DNA of 63,652 bases, counting the filler, from Octopus bimaculoides (taxonomy: Eukaryota): the NCBI RefSeq assembly GCF_001194135.2. It is 5 parts of 4 records of this genome, joined end to end, with 100 filler letters (N's around TTAATTAATTAA, not from the genome) between each part and the next. Parts side by side here need not be neighbours in the genome. Positions count along the whole stretch, not along the records: positions 18,420 to 49,861 come from NC_068989.1; 4 more parts are not named here. One strand, given 5' to 3'. Position 1 is the stretch's first letter. Every line of letters begins with the position of its first letter. The notes beneath the pieces were generated by a model. It was not told where the DNA came from. It did no database searches and saw only the letters and a list, made by a program, of their open reading frames with translations. Shown here one piece after another: positions 23,741 to 37,010 of this stretch. Made by a program: the position numbers and the translations under genes.

Positions 23741-26700
23741 CTCTTATTCTTTTGACGGTTACAGCGTAGGACTACGGCCATGCTAGAGCACTACCTTAAT
23801 TAATTTTCTTTCTTTAAGTTTTGTTTTCGTTTTGTGGCTGGAAGTAAGAATGATTGTGTTTGTAGTAAGTGTGCTTCCTTGAGTTTATCCTTGAATGATC
23901 GACTGGTTTCAGTAGAGGTCCCTTTTATATTTCTGATTTCTTTAGGTTGACAGTTGAACAACTTAGGACCTCTAAATATCAGACCGGTACAATAGAGTAA
24001 TTTTGCTTGTGATTTAGAATTTGGTATATTTAGAAGCTGACAGTATCAACCTGTTCATACATTAACATTTACTCTTATAATGAATTTCGGAACATACACC
24101 TCCAAGATTTTCCGCATATATGTGATAGTATATCTCTCTTCACCATTCAAGAGAGTAAAGACGCAAAGCTTTCAAACGTTTCTAGTTATTAAGGCTTTTA
24201 TGCGAAGTTATTCTACACGTGAGCGTTCTTTGTGATCCTTCAGCAACTATGAGTTTGGAGACAATAGTTGTGAGCAGTAATCTAATCTGCTCAGAACTAA
24301 AGTTCTCCATAGAGTCGGCGTAACTATCGGTTCTCTTGTGATCAAAGTTCGTAGGCTCCATCCTACGAGATGTCTGCATTTAGAGGCCTGTCTGGTGATG
24401 CAGCCAATGAAAGATGTACCATTTGACGTGATTAGTCCTAACTCTGGTATGTCATTAACAGCTTGAATTATTCTGTCATGTGATGCCAAATAATGTGATT
24501 TGTGTGTATGTCCTACGTAATGAAGCACCTTAAATGTAGATGCATTTAATTTCGTATAAATAAAGTTTTGCTCATTTTAGAGTGTGACGGTATTTTTCGG
24601 TTTTTTGATAGCTATCGATATTTTTGTAATCGTTAGAATGGTGGAGTGCTTATGTAGCGTATACCTGATTGGGTGATATTAAATAATGTTGTTGTTGTTG
24701 TTGTTGGCACTCCGTCGCTTACGACGTCGAGGGTTCCAGTTGATCCGATCAACGGAACAGCCTGCTCGTGAAATTAACGTGCAAGTAGCGGAGCACTCCA
24801 CAGACACGTGTACCCTTAACGTAGGTCTCGGGGATATTCAGCGTGGCACAGTGTGACAAGGCTGACCATTTTGAATTACAGGCACAACAGAAACAGGAAG
24901 TAAGAGTGAGAGAAAGTTGTGGTGAAAGAGTACAGCAGGTTTCACCACCATCCCCTGTCGGAGCCTCGTGGAGCTTTAGGTGTTTTCGCTCAATAATCAC
25001 TCACAACGCCCGGTCTGGGAATCGAAACCGCGATCCTATGACCGTGAGTCCGCTGCCCTAACCACTGGGCCATTGCGCCTCCACGATATTAAATAATAAT
25101 GATCTTAGAACCGTGCTCTGAGGTATTCCACTTATTACAGATGACTTTGCAGAGGGAAGAACGTCTGTCACGACAGGTTCTTTCCCACCCAGTAAGAAGT
25201 CAAAATGCCATTCTCTAAGTTTTCTGGTGATGCCAAGATTCATTCTATATAACAGATGATTTAGTGATCAATCTTGTCAGATGTCCATTTAGTGCCCATT
25301 CCTCTCAAGAAATTACTGAAGATTGCGTTGTGGCGTCAGGCAACTTCGTCCAATACGAAAACCTTGCTCTGTATCATCTAAGAGGTTGTTTTCCTCAATG
25401 CACGCAATTCTTCTTTTGTGGACAACGTGTTCTATAATTTTAGATGTGTGAGAAATGAGAGGAACATGTCCGTAATTTTCATCTTCAGCCATGCTGCCTC
25501 CTTTATGTATAGGTGTTACCACTGTGTCTTTCAGTAGTTCTTGGAATTTGCCGGTTTAAAGAAACTTTTGACATAGCAAGGCTGTTTTTGCATGTTTTTA
25601 ACAGTTTGGCCGGGGGACAATCTGAGCGGGATTCAAACTCCTAATGCTGAGTTTATATCAAATTCATTAACAGCTGCTGCAAGTATATCATCTTCCATAA
25701 TATCATTAATTTCTAAATATGTATCAGTAGTTGAGTTCTAGGGATCAAAGAATATGTTTGGATTATGTAATAGTTTGTTAATTATAGGTTGGAGAAATCC
25801 ACTATCATATCGTTGAGCCAAGAGTGCTAATATCCGTGATGACTCATCAGCGTATGACCCACTTTGATCCACTTGAGGGCCAAGCCGGTTATGTGTAAGG
25901 ATTTTTGTTTAGAAAACTGGAAAAAGAACTTAGGATTATCCTTTATAATCTCCACTGCTCAGTATTCCTTTAACGAATTTCTTTTACTTTATAAGATATC
26001 TTTAGGTTCAGTGCAATGTTTTTCTATTTTATTTTATTTTATTTATTTCATTTATTTATTATTTTTTTGGTAGTCTTGTCTGTTCAGAGAGTTTGATATT
26101 TTTATTTGTTTTGTTAGTTTGCTTCTGTTACGTATTAGTATCTGTCTAGCCCGTGGAATCAAGTTCTTGCAGGAATAAACTTATATATATATGGCGCACG
26201 CATTTTACTGATTATGATTAACTCCTCGAACAGAAAATTCATTTCCTCGTAAATATTTAGGTTGACAGTATGCTGGGTCCGGTTTGTTTTGAGGGTCTCA
26301 GTTTCAATTTCCTTTCATTTGGCCTTCTCGAAATTCCAAGTTCATGAGGGGTGTCATGTTTGATGTTATTTATGTGCGTTGCCGTCTTTGAACCATATAC
26401 AAATAATTGTATCATGTTGTTAGAAATAGCTGTTGGAATGACCATATTGAATGAAGTCTGTATTGGTAGTGTTATGTCTCAACGCTACTGTTATCTAGCA
26501 CCTTCGGATGATCTCTGCTCAACCGCTACACAACTGCTACTCGATTGCTACTCAACACTCCTAACATGGCCAGACTACCTATATTTATTTCTTCGGAGAT
26601 CCTACTTCTTCGCCTGGGGGTGTCGACACAACAGGTAGTAAAGACTAGGTCGAACATGCTATTTCCCATTGTTGGACGGGTAATTATTTGTTGTATACGA

Positions 26701-26800
26701 AAGGCTTTAGTGATGTCGAGGAGAGCGAGCATAACTCCTCTGCTTAATTGTTTAATTCCAGTATGGATATAGCCCATAGGCCAGCTGTGACTAGGAAGAT
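23741..26800 (-). mobile_element. Degraded CR1-group LINE (endonuclease end to 3' tail), interrupted by SINE D
   Basis: QQIITRPTMGNSMFDLVF; VTPIHKGGS...QGFRIGRSCLT; SGIPQSTVL; LWRTLVLSRLDYCSQL. Confidence 0.8.
24688..25084 (-). mobile_element. Full-length tRNA-derived SINE family D with 13-bp TSD
   Basis: A box tggcccagtgg, B box ggtttcgattccc, (caa)n tail. TSD gatattaaataat at 24675-24687 and 25085-25097. A degraded copy lies at about 45755-46050. Confidence 0.92.
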
Positions 26801-27138
26801 TTAAGTTTCCAAGGAAAAGTAAAGTAGCCTATGATCTGGCATCACGTAGGGTTTGACTTTCGAGTGAGAAAGCATCACTGAAGTGAAATCCGCGGTTAAC
26901 CGTATCAGGAGGATGGTAGGCAATGTGTTATGATCAAATTGAGGTTGAACAAAAATCAATAATATACAAATTACCATTTACTATAAATGCTATCCGTGGT
27001 TTATAAAACTCTGTGCTGATGAAAGATTCAAATCTTTTAAATTCGTTAATTACACTTTAATCTTGGGCAAAGCAAATTTCAGTTAGCTTCATTTCATTAT
27101 CCCACATTTTCATCAAGTCCACTTTACCTTTCCTTATG

Positions 27139-27175
<37 letters not shown>

Positions 27176-27305
27176 GTGTGTGTATGTGTGTGTGGAGTGT
27201 TTGGTACTTTGTTTAATCTAAAACAAACGTATACACGCACAAACGTGCATACACAAATGCACGCGCCTACACACGCTTCTCTCTGTCTCCTTTCCTCTCT
27301 CTCTT

Positions 27306-27385
<80 letters not shown>

Positions 27386-27864
27386 ACCCACTTCTCTGTT
27401 TATTTACATTTGTTCTGTAAATACAACATATTTAAATGGATATTGTGAAAATTTAGATAGCAAATAATTATTTGTTATTCACTTGAGATTTTTTAACAAT
27501 ATTTAACTTTAGTTATTCATAACCGTTATGCGAAAGCGCTCACGCAATAAGCTATAACAATCAGCGAGAAGCCTTACTCCAGGTCACATGCAATATGTAA
27601 GGTAATCTTTCTATCTGTTTATCTTTCTGCCTGTCTGCCTGTGGGTCAGTCTCTCTGTCTGTCTATTTAGCTACCTATCTGCTTTTATATCTACTTCTAT
27701 ATCCGCAAACCTTTTACATATCCTTAAATTTTTATATCCATAAAACCAATACAGAAAATTAAACCTCCTTATACTTCCTTTTCTCAACTAAGTTTTATTG
27801 CATTTTATCGTTTTACTTAATTCTTCCATCTTCATCATTTACATATCCTAAGCTATCCTACTGT

Positions 27865-27921
<57 letters not shown>

Positions 27922-28686
27922 NNNNNNNNNNNNNNNNNNNNNNNNNNNNNNNNNNNNNNNNNNNNNNNNNNNNNNNNNNNNNNNNNNNNNNNNNNNNNNN
28001 NNNNNNNNNNNNNNNNNNNNNNNNNNNNNNNNNNNNNNNNNNNNNNNNNNNNNNNNNNNNNNNNNNNNNNNNNNNNNNNNNNNNNNNNNNNNNNNNNNNN
28101 NNNNNNNNNNNNNNNNNNNNNNNNNNNNNNNNNNNNNNNNNNNNNNNNNNNNNNNNNNNNNNNNNNNNNNNNNNNNNNNNNNNNNNNNNNNNNNNNNNNN
28201 NNNNNNNNNNNNNNNNNNNNNNNNNNNNNNNNNNNNNNNNNNNNNNNNNNNNNNNNNNNNNNNNNNNNNNNNNNNNNNNNNNNNNNNNNNNNNNNNNNNN
28301 NNNNNNNNNNNNNNNNNNNNNNNNNNNNNNNNNNNNNNNNNNNNNNNNNNNNNNNNNNNNNNNNNNNNNNNNNNNNNNNNNNNNNNNNNNNNNNNNNNNN
28401 NNNNNNNNNNNNNNNNNNNNNNNNNNNNNNNNNNNNNNNNNNNNNNNNNNNNNNNNNNNNNNNNNNNNNNNNNNNNNNNNNNNNNNNNNNNNNNNNNNNN
28501 NNNNNNNNNNNNNNNNNNNNNNNNNNNNNNNNNNNNNNNNNNNNNNNNNNNNNNNNNNNNNNNNNNNNNNNNNNNNNNNNNNNNNNNNNNNNNNNNNNNN
28601 NNNNNNNNNNNNNNNNNNNNNNNNNNNNNNNNNNNNNNNNNNNNNNNNNNNNNNNNNNNNNNNNNNNNNNNNNNNNNNNNNNNNNN

Positions 28687-28884
28687 TTTACTTGTTTCAG
28701 TCATTTGACTGCAGCCATTTTGGAGCACCGCCTTTAGTCGAACAAATCGACCCCAGGACTTATTCTTTCTAAGCCTAGTACTTATTCTATCGGCCTCTTT
28801 TTGCCGAACCGCTAAGTTGCGGGGACGTAAACACACCAGCATTGGTTGTCAAGCAATGGTGGGGAGACAAACACAGACACACAA

Positions 28885-28918
<34 letters not shown>

Positions 28919-29075
28919 ATATATACGACGGGCTTCTTTCAGTTTCCGTCTACCAAATCCACTCACAAGGCTTTGGTCGGCCGGAGGCTATAGTAGAAGA
29001 TACTTGTCCAAGGTGCCACGCAGTGGGACTGAATCCGGAACCATGTGGTTGGGAAGCAAGCTACTTACCATACAG
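28687..29075 (-). mobile_element. SINE family A, near full length
   Basis: tRNA-like head (gggttcagtcccac-type B box on the minus strand), internal (TA)n, and the family tail. Confidence 0.9.
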
Positions 29076-29501
29076 CCCTCCAGCATATAGCCCCTGTTAT
29101 TGGAGATCCTTGAATTGAGATAAAGTTACAATGTACCATTGTAGATTAAACACTTTTAACACTACCAAATTTTATTTACGCCTCCCTGACCCCTCCATTG
29201 GTATCACTGCCTCCGATATTTTGACTCCTCATTGAAAAACCAGATCTGGGAGGTTAAGAACTCAAGCATTGATAAAAAAAATTTGGCTCAGATCCATCAA
29301 TTCCGAGAAAGTGGGTAGATCAATTGTATCAACCCCAATGCTCAACTGGTTTGGGTTTTTTCTCAGTGTAGTTGTCCAGGTGTTCTTTGAACCTCTCATT
29401 GATGCTCCTAGATGTCTCACGAATATAGGACTCCGGAATAACCTCGCAAGTCCCTTCCTGGCACTTAATCTGGTATACAGTGTTTGTCTTAAATGACCTA
29501 C

Positions 29502-30430
29502 TTAACTCATTGATAGGTGTAGCGTCAACAAACAGTACACTGTGAACTTCTTATCATGCCAAGTATTATTTCTATTTCTTTTGTTGGTGTCCCTCTCCAA
29601 CCTATTCCAGAACTCGTTGCGGTATAGGGGGCATATGCCATTTTCATCATCTCTTACAATGCGATCGAATCTCATTTTCGCTCCTTTGTACACTCTGATT
29701 CTATCGTACTGTGCGTAACCGGAACGTTGCATTCGGAATATGTAGTGCTGAATGTGTTGTTGTCTCTCTTGTGGTTGGTATAGTGGGGATACGCTCCTCA
29801 TTAATCTAAGTCTGCCAGGAGGATTTTGTTTTTCGTAGTACTTGACATCGCCAAGTCACTACGAATTACCAGTGGATTACCCATAGGTTTATAGTAGTGT
29901 GAGTGGAGTAAACAGGGGTTATCAGTTCTGTTAATCATAGTATTTTCTATCCACAGCTCAGTATCTAGGACACGTAATCTATTTCTGGAATGTTTAGAGG
30001 AGTAGTCTACAGTAACGTTTATACTGCTATGGATAGAGTCAGCTATGTGTTGTATAGTTGTCATCATCTGTTTTTTTTTATTTAGTAGAGGGCTCATATG
30101 GGTATTACTTTTCAGGACGAGGTTAATGCCGTCGATGTATCGAGAGTACATAGCTAAGTAGATGATACGGGTCGCTAGGTACTGCTTAAAATATCCGTCC
30201 TACCATACCATGAAGAGATTGGCAACATCACCAGCGATCCCTACACCAATAGCACCGGCCTTTATTTGTTTGTAAAATTTATCATTAAACTTTAAAATAT
30301 GGTTTTTAAGAGTGGTTCTAAAGCTGAAACAGATGGCGTGTGCGACAGTAGTTCTGATGTCGTGTACATCTGAAGGTGGGTGGTCTGATCTTTTCCAGCC
30401 GTGCAAGCGTTCACAGTAGGTCGTTTTGTA
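29502..30430 (-). mobile_element. Penelope-like element reverse transcriptase remnant
   Basis: FNDKFYKQIKAGAIGVGIAGDVANLFMVW, YSRYIDG, LDTELW, HSHYYKP, RSGY and PLYR motifs; frameshifted. Confidence 0.8.
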
Positions 30431-30534
30431 TGCTAAGGTAATGGTAAGTTTTATTTTAATCTTAATAGAAGTGTTTGTCCTACTCATTGTTTCAAATATA
30501 TACTGTATCGAGAACTTTCGCTTTATTTTTTTAC

Positions 30535-30571
<37 letters not shown>

Positions 30572-30579
30572 ATATATAA

Positions 30580-30626
<47 letters not shown>

Positions 30627-30630
30627 TGTA

Positions 30631-30670
<40 letters not shown>

Positions 30671-31088
30671 TGTGTGTGTGTGTGTATACATGCATATATA
30701 TGGGTACCTGACGTCACCAACAGTGCAATTAGCATGAAATACGTAGACAACGAGAAAAAAAATGGAAAACAGGACAGGTAAAGAGAGAGAAAGGACGCTT
30801 TATCAATTGTGAGCTGTCTATCTACTCATTTGGAACATGAGACAGTTGCTCTCATAAATTCTAAATTTTATTTTAGAATTTATGGAGAGTCAAAGTTGCG
30901 AACAAAAAAATGACAGTGGAGATATACAAGGAAACCGGACGGAAACATGCATGGCGCGTCGTTAGATCAGAACGGGATGAAAATAGTGAATGCTGGGAGA
31001 GACATTTTTTTTGAAGAGAGAAAAGATAGAAAAGAGAGAGAGAAAAAAAACACGTCCGTTCTTTTTAACGTCGCTGCAGGAAAAGAAA

Positions 31089-31161
31089 GATGGTCACGTG
31101 GGGAAAAGGAAAATGGACGATGGTCAAGTGGGGAAAAGAAAAATGGACGATGGTCACGTGT
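31089..31161. repeat. 30-bp minisatellite (about 2.4 units)
   Basis: Unit gatggtcacgtggggaaaaggaaaatggac at 31089, 31119 and 31149. Confidence 0.9.
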
Positions 31162-31738
31162 GAGAAACAAGAGAGGAAGAGAGAGAGAAAGAAGCGAGAG
31201 AGAGACAGATAGAAAGCGGTGAAGGAGGGAGGGGAGAAAACGGGTATGAGAGAAAGAGGGGAAGAAAACAGTATAGAGTAGATATATATTTAGGTGTTGG
31301 TTTGTTTACGTCCCTTAACTTAGCGATTCGGCAGAAAAAGAATAAGTACTTAAAGAACTTTTAGTTGAATGATTCGACCAAAATGTTTTTTTCCTATTTG
31401 ACGAACCACTAAGTTAAGAGACATAAACAAACCAATACCGGTTGTCAAGCGGTGGTGGGGGTCAAACACACACACACACACATATATATACATAAGCCTG
31501 TCGCATAATATATACGACGGGCTTCTTTCAGCTTCCGTCCACCAAATCCACTTACAAAGTTTTGGTCGGCCTGAGGCTATAATAGAAGACACTTGCCAAA
31601 GATGCCACGTAGTGGGACTGAATCCGGAAACATTAATTATTGTAACTGTATCAAGTAATTTTTTACAGAGGCTTTTAAATGAACACACACACGCACACAC
31701 GCACACACGCACACACACACCCACACATGCACACACAT

Positions 31739-31833
<95 letters not shown>

Positions 31834-31994
31834 TAATTTAAACAGCAGTTTGCAATGTTTCACCAAAAAGGAGAACTATAACTTGTCACTAAATGAGAGT
31901 AGGTTGGCGAAAACATTTTTAAACAGATAAACTAATGGGAATTTCTTATTTTCTTATTGTCTTGCTGTCTTATTTCTTATTTCTTATTTTCCAG

Positions 31995-32440
31995 ATGGCA
32001 GGTCGCTTGAGTGTTCAGCTAGGATAGCAGCTCGCTCCCGATCAGCGGAAAACGTGTCGACAGTGCAGGAAATGTTTAATCGCAGCCCGCAAAAATCAAC
32101 ACACACACATCAAGCAGCTCGTGAAAGTGGACTAACAAGACACACAATACGTATGGTGTTGCATAAAGAATTGAATTTTCGTCCGTGGAAAGCCCATTGC
32201 GTGCAGGAGCCAAAACCTAAAGAGTGTGACCGCAGAAATGCAGAAATCCAAGAAGTTCAGATCTCACTCCATGTGATTTTTACTGGGGTTACACAAAAGA
32301 GGTGTGCCAGACAAAAGTTCGTACACTGGAAGGCTTGGAGACACGGATTAAGGAGGTTCGCAGTGATATCTCAGGCTACATCCTTCAGAGTGTTTTTCAT
32401 TCCACTCATAGCCGTTTGATGGGGACAAATATCCGTCAAA
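31995..32440 (+). mobile_element. Tc1/mariner transposase N-terminal fragment
   Basis: MAGRLSVQ...STVQEMFNRSPQKST...AARESGLTRHTIRMVLHKELNFRPWK is an HTH-type region; internally deleted. Confidence 0.75.
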
Positions 32441-32889
32441 TGTAAATAATGTACATATATATGATTGACCATTGACTGAACACTATTCAATTTTTTTTCT
32501 CCATGTTTTTCTCCTTGTCTCCGTATTCTTTCTGTTGAAGAGCGTAGCTCGAAGCGTCAAAGACTTTCCGTATTCCCGAGTGTCATACTAATACATCCTT
32601 TTATTATTTACATCACCTGTCCTCGTCTGTTGTTGTTTTTTTGTACGTTCTCCCATATTTATTGTCATACATACATGCATATATATATATTTATATATAT
32701 GCATGGATGTATGGATGTATGTATGACAATATGTATGTATCTTTATAACAGTATTAATCAATGAAATTTCAACATTTTCACGTTTTATTATTTACAATTT
32801 CTATAATTTTATAGGATTATGATAATAGTATATTATATATTTATTGTGATAACATTTGTACTTTCATGCGTTGCGCGATCATCAGGTTT

Positions 32890-32972
<83 letters not shown>

Positions 32973-33894
32973 NNNNNNNNNNNNNNNNNNNNNNNNNNNN
33001 NNNNNNNNNNNNNNNNNNNNNNNNNNNNNNNNNNNNNNNNNNNNNNNNNNNNNNNNNNNNNNNNNNNNNNNNNNNNNNNNNNNNNNNNNNNNNNNNNNNN
33101 NNNNNNNNNNNNNNNNNNNNNNNNNNNNNNNNNNNNNNNNNNNNNNNNNNNNNNNNNNNNNNNNNNNNNNNNNNNNNNNNNNNNNNNNNNNNNNNNNNNN
33201 NNNNNNNNNNNNNNNNNNNNNNNNNNNNNNNNNNNNNNNNNNNNNNNNNNNNNNNNNNNNNNNNNNNNNNNNNNNNNNNNNNNNNNNNNNNNNNNNNNNN
33301 NNNNNNNNNNNNNNNNNNNNNNNNNNNNNNNNNNNNNNNNNNNNNNNNNNNNNNNNNNNNNNNNNNNNNNNNNNNNNNNNNNNNNNNNNNNNNNNNNNNN
33401 NNNNNNNNNNNNNNNNTTAGATTTGTATTTTAGATACTTTCTGATAGGCTCCAACAGGCTGAATCTTACAAACTGCAAATTCACCAATCAGTATGTGGCT
33501 CAGATGTCATGGTTTGGTGAACGCAGCAACTAAGTTCGAATTGTATTTCGAGCAGTCAGTAGGCGGCTTACATGTCACGGTTTAGTGAGTGTGCCAACTT
33601 GGTTAGCATTTATCCCGCTCTTTTTAACGAAGTATTTTGGTCAGTTGGTATGCAGCTTAGATATCTTGCAAACAACTTGCACATGCAAGTGCTACCAGTC
33701 AAGAACTCCGCATACCGGAAGCCAGCAAGTGTAGGAGGTCATCAGAAGAGAATGCTAGCCACTAAAGCATAAAAGTCTTTCACACCTTTCCGAGTGCTAA
33801 ACTAATACACCTGTTTGTTGTTTATACATATATTTGTGCGTGAGTGCAAGGATGTGTGTGTATCTATTTATTTAACAACACACACTCACAAACA

Positions 33895-33953
<59 letters not shown>

Positions 33954-33974
33954 TATATATATATATATATAGGG

Positions 33975-34021
<47 letters not shown>

Positions 34022-34569
34022 CATTTTATTAGAGTCTCTGCATCTTTGCATCTTCAGCTTTTGTGGAGAGCTAGCGTCAACCCTGTGAATATTTCATCTC
34101 TTGACTTCTGTACGTGTAAAGTTAGACAGAAACGGTTGATCTCAACACTGAATATCTTAAATATCGAAGCTGCTTATATATTTGTTTCGGTTCTTGAAGT
34201 TCTCATTTTGAAATCTTGCTCTATCAATCCACTTCAGAAATTTCTAGTTTCTGACAAAAAAAAAAAAAGAAGAGGAAGCTTAGTAACTCACAACAGCGAT
34301 AACACAACGATGAACAGAATTGTTATTCCTTAGCACCTAGAGCTGATACGATGATCAGTTTTTTATAATGCCATACGATTTAGACAAAGTTGCAGTCGAA
34401 TATATCCACTTGATACTTATATTTTGGGACCTCGGAATTATAAAGGTCAAAATCGGCGACACGTGAATTTGAACTGAGAACATAAAAGACCAAAATTAAA
34501 TTCCACAATGCATTTTAACCTCAATATTACCCTAGAGTGGGTGAGAGTTTATGATACCATAATCAGCTG

Positions 34570-34802
34570 CATCTTTTGTGGACTGCGGCCATGTTTGAGC
34601 ACCTCCTCGAACAGTTTAATCGACCAAATCACCCCTAGTCTTTATTTTAAAATTGTGGCACTTACTTCTATATATAACAGTTACCGAAGCGCTAAGTTAG
34701 GGAAACGTAAGCAATTTTCACACCGATTGTCAAGCGATTGTAAGAGGACAAATAGAAACAGAAATACACACAAAGGCCTATATATATATATATATATATA
34801 TA

Positions 34803-34834
<32 letters not shown>

Positions 34835-34835
34835 A

Positions 34836-34870
<35 letters not shown>

Positions 34871-34889
34871 CACACATAAGAGAGAAAGA

Positions 34890-34973
<84 letters not shown>

Positions 34974-35160
34974 AAGATAGATAGAGATAGAGATATACGA
35001 ACTGTTTTCATACTCTGTTCGGCTACCAAGTTTACTTCCAAAGCACTTGTCGGTCGGAAACTATAGTAGAAGGTCCTTGCTCGAAGTGCTACGCGGTGGG
35101 ATAGAACTAGAAACGACCTGGTTGCAAAACGAGTTTCTTAACTACACAGCCATTCCTGCA
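34570..35160 (-). mobile_element. SINE family A, old copy with expanded (TA)n/(GA)n
   Basis: Homologous head and tail to the copy at 28687. Confidence 0.75.
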
Positions 35161-36591
35161 CCGCGCCCTCTTCATTCTATCGTTTCACTATTCTCAGACC
35201 TACTGCTAATAAAATAAAATTGATGCGCTCCTCTGAACTTTAAGACTTTCGTCTTTCAAATAATCTATCCATCTTTCGGGCTGACGTTATTCATAGAGCA
35301 TTTCTCATCCAAGAGACCTCACATTAATAACTCACCCCGCCTTTTTTCATCACCTTAAACCATAACAACCCTGTAACTCTAAACCTGCAATGCATAAATT
35401 TATAGAAATTAAATGAGAACATTAACTATAACCACCACACCCGTCTGAGCGCGTTGATAAGGGCTCGTTAAGACAATATCACCTTCCTTCTCTATGTAAA
35501 ATATTAAAACAAAACTAGGCAACTTAATTTTAATTATATTCAGCGAGACGCAAGGGTTGCGGGTAGTGGTGGGTCTGTTGCCTATATATTATTTGACACA
35601 CCACCAAAATGAAATCACATCATCGAATATGTTTCGAAAATTTTTCTGTATATTTATGTATGATCGTGTTCCTGTAGGCGTGTTGTTGTGTACGAGTGCG
35701 TTCGTTATGCTTGTATGTTTGTATGTATGTATGTATGTATGTATGTATGTGTATGTATGTGTATGTAGGCATGTATGTATATATATATATATACGTGTGT
35801 GCGTGTGTGTAAGTGTGTAATGTATGTGAGTCGGCACATATTTATGTATATATGTGAACACACACGCACACACTTACACATACACATAGATGCATTATGT
35901 GCGTATGTCTACGGATATACTAAATATATGCATAGACATACATAGACAAATATATGCATAGACATATATACACGCACCGCACACACAAACACACACACAC
36001 ACACGCACGCACACACACATATATATATATATTAAGCATGCACATACATAGGCGTGTATGTTTAATTACTTGTTCTCAAACAACTATGCAAGTATACTTA
36101 GTGAAAACAAACCAAAAAATAATAAAAAAAGGTAAAAATCCTAAATCTACGCAGTAGACTTATTTATTACATTATGTTACTAAAAATTTCGAGTCGCAGA
36201 AGCTATGTAATTGATATGGTTATCACAGCTATCACTATTTAGATAATTCTTTCGCGGAAATTGCTTTCAAATAGCAATTGATCGCTGGCGATCGATAGAA
36301 AGAGTGATTTTCTGTTGGCACAATGATATTATTACCTGACTAAAACAGACTTACATAACAATTTGCTATGGTTCCGCTATCCGTTTGATGATGCGAACTG
36401 TTGTATTGGCCGACGAAGGGAGAGTATATGTGTATATATAAGTATGTACATATGTGTGTGTATGGATGTATATGTAGATATATACACATACCATTACTCA
36501 AACACGTACACACACACACTCAAACACACACACACACACACACGCACACACTCACACACATGTATGTATGTAAATATATACAGTGAGGTGC

Positions 36592-36637
<46 letters not shown>

Positions 36638-36960
36638 ATATAAGCATTACAGACATATATATATATGTATGGATGTGTGCATATATATGTGTATATATAT
36701 NNNNNNNNNNNNNNNNNNNNNNNNNNNNNNNNNNNNNNNNNNNNNNNNNNNNNNNNNNNNNNNNNNNNNNNNNNNNNNNNNNNNNNNNNNNNNNNNNNNN
36801 NNNNNNNNNNNNNNNNNNNNNNNNNNNNNNNNNNNNNNNNNNNNNNNNNNNNNNNNNNNNNNNNNNNNNNNNNNNNNNNNNNNNNNNNNNNNNNNNNNNN
36901 NNNNNNNNNNNNNNNNNNNNNNNNNNNNNNNNNNNNNTGTAAATATATACAGTGAGGTGC

Positions 36961-37010
<50 letters not shown>

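Noticed and set aside
36351-36393. Possible 43-nt minus-strand microexon (SHHQTDSGTIANCY) with a gtaagt donor
   Set aside because: No recognisable homology or partner exon; splice-like motifs are common by chance.
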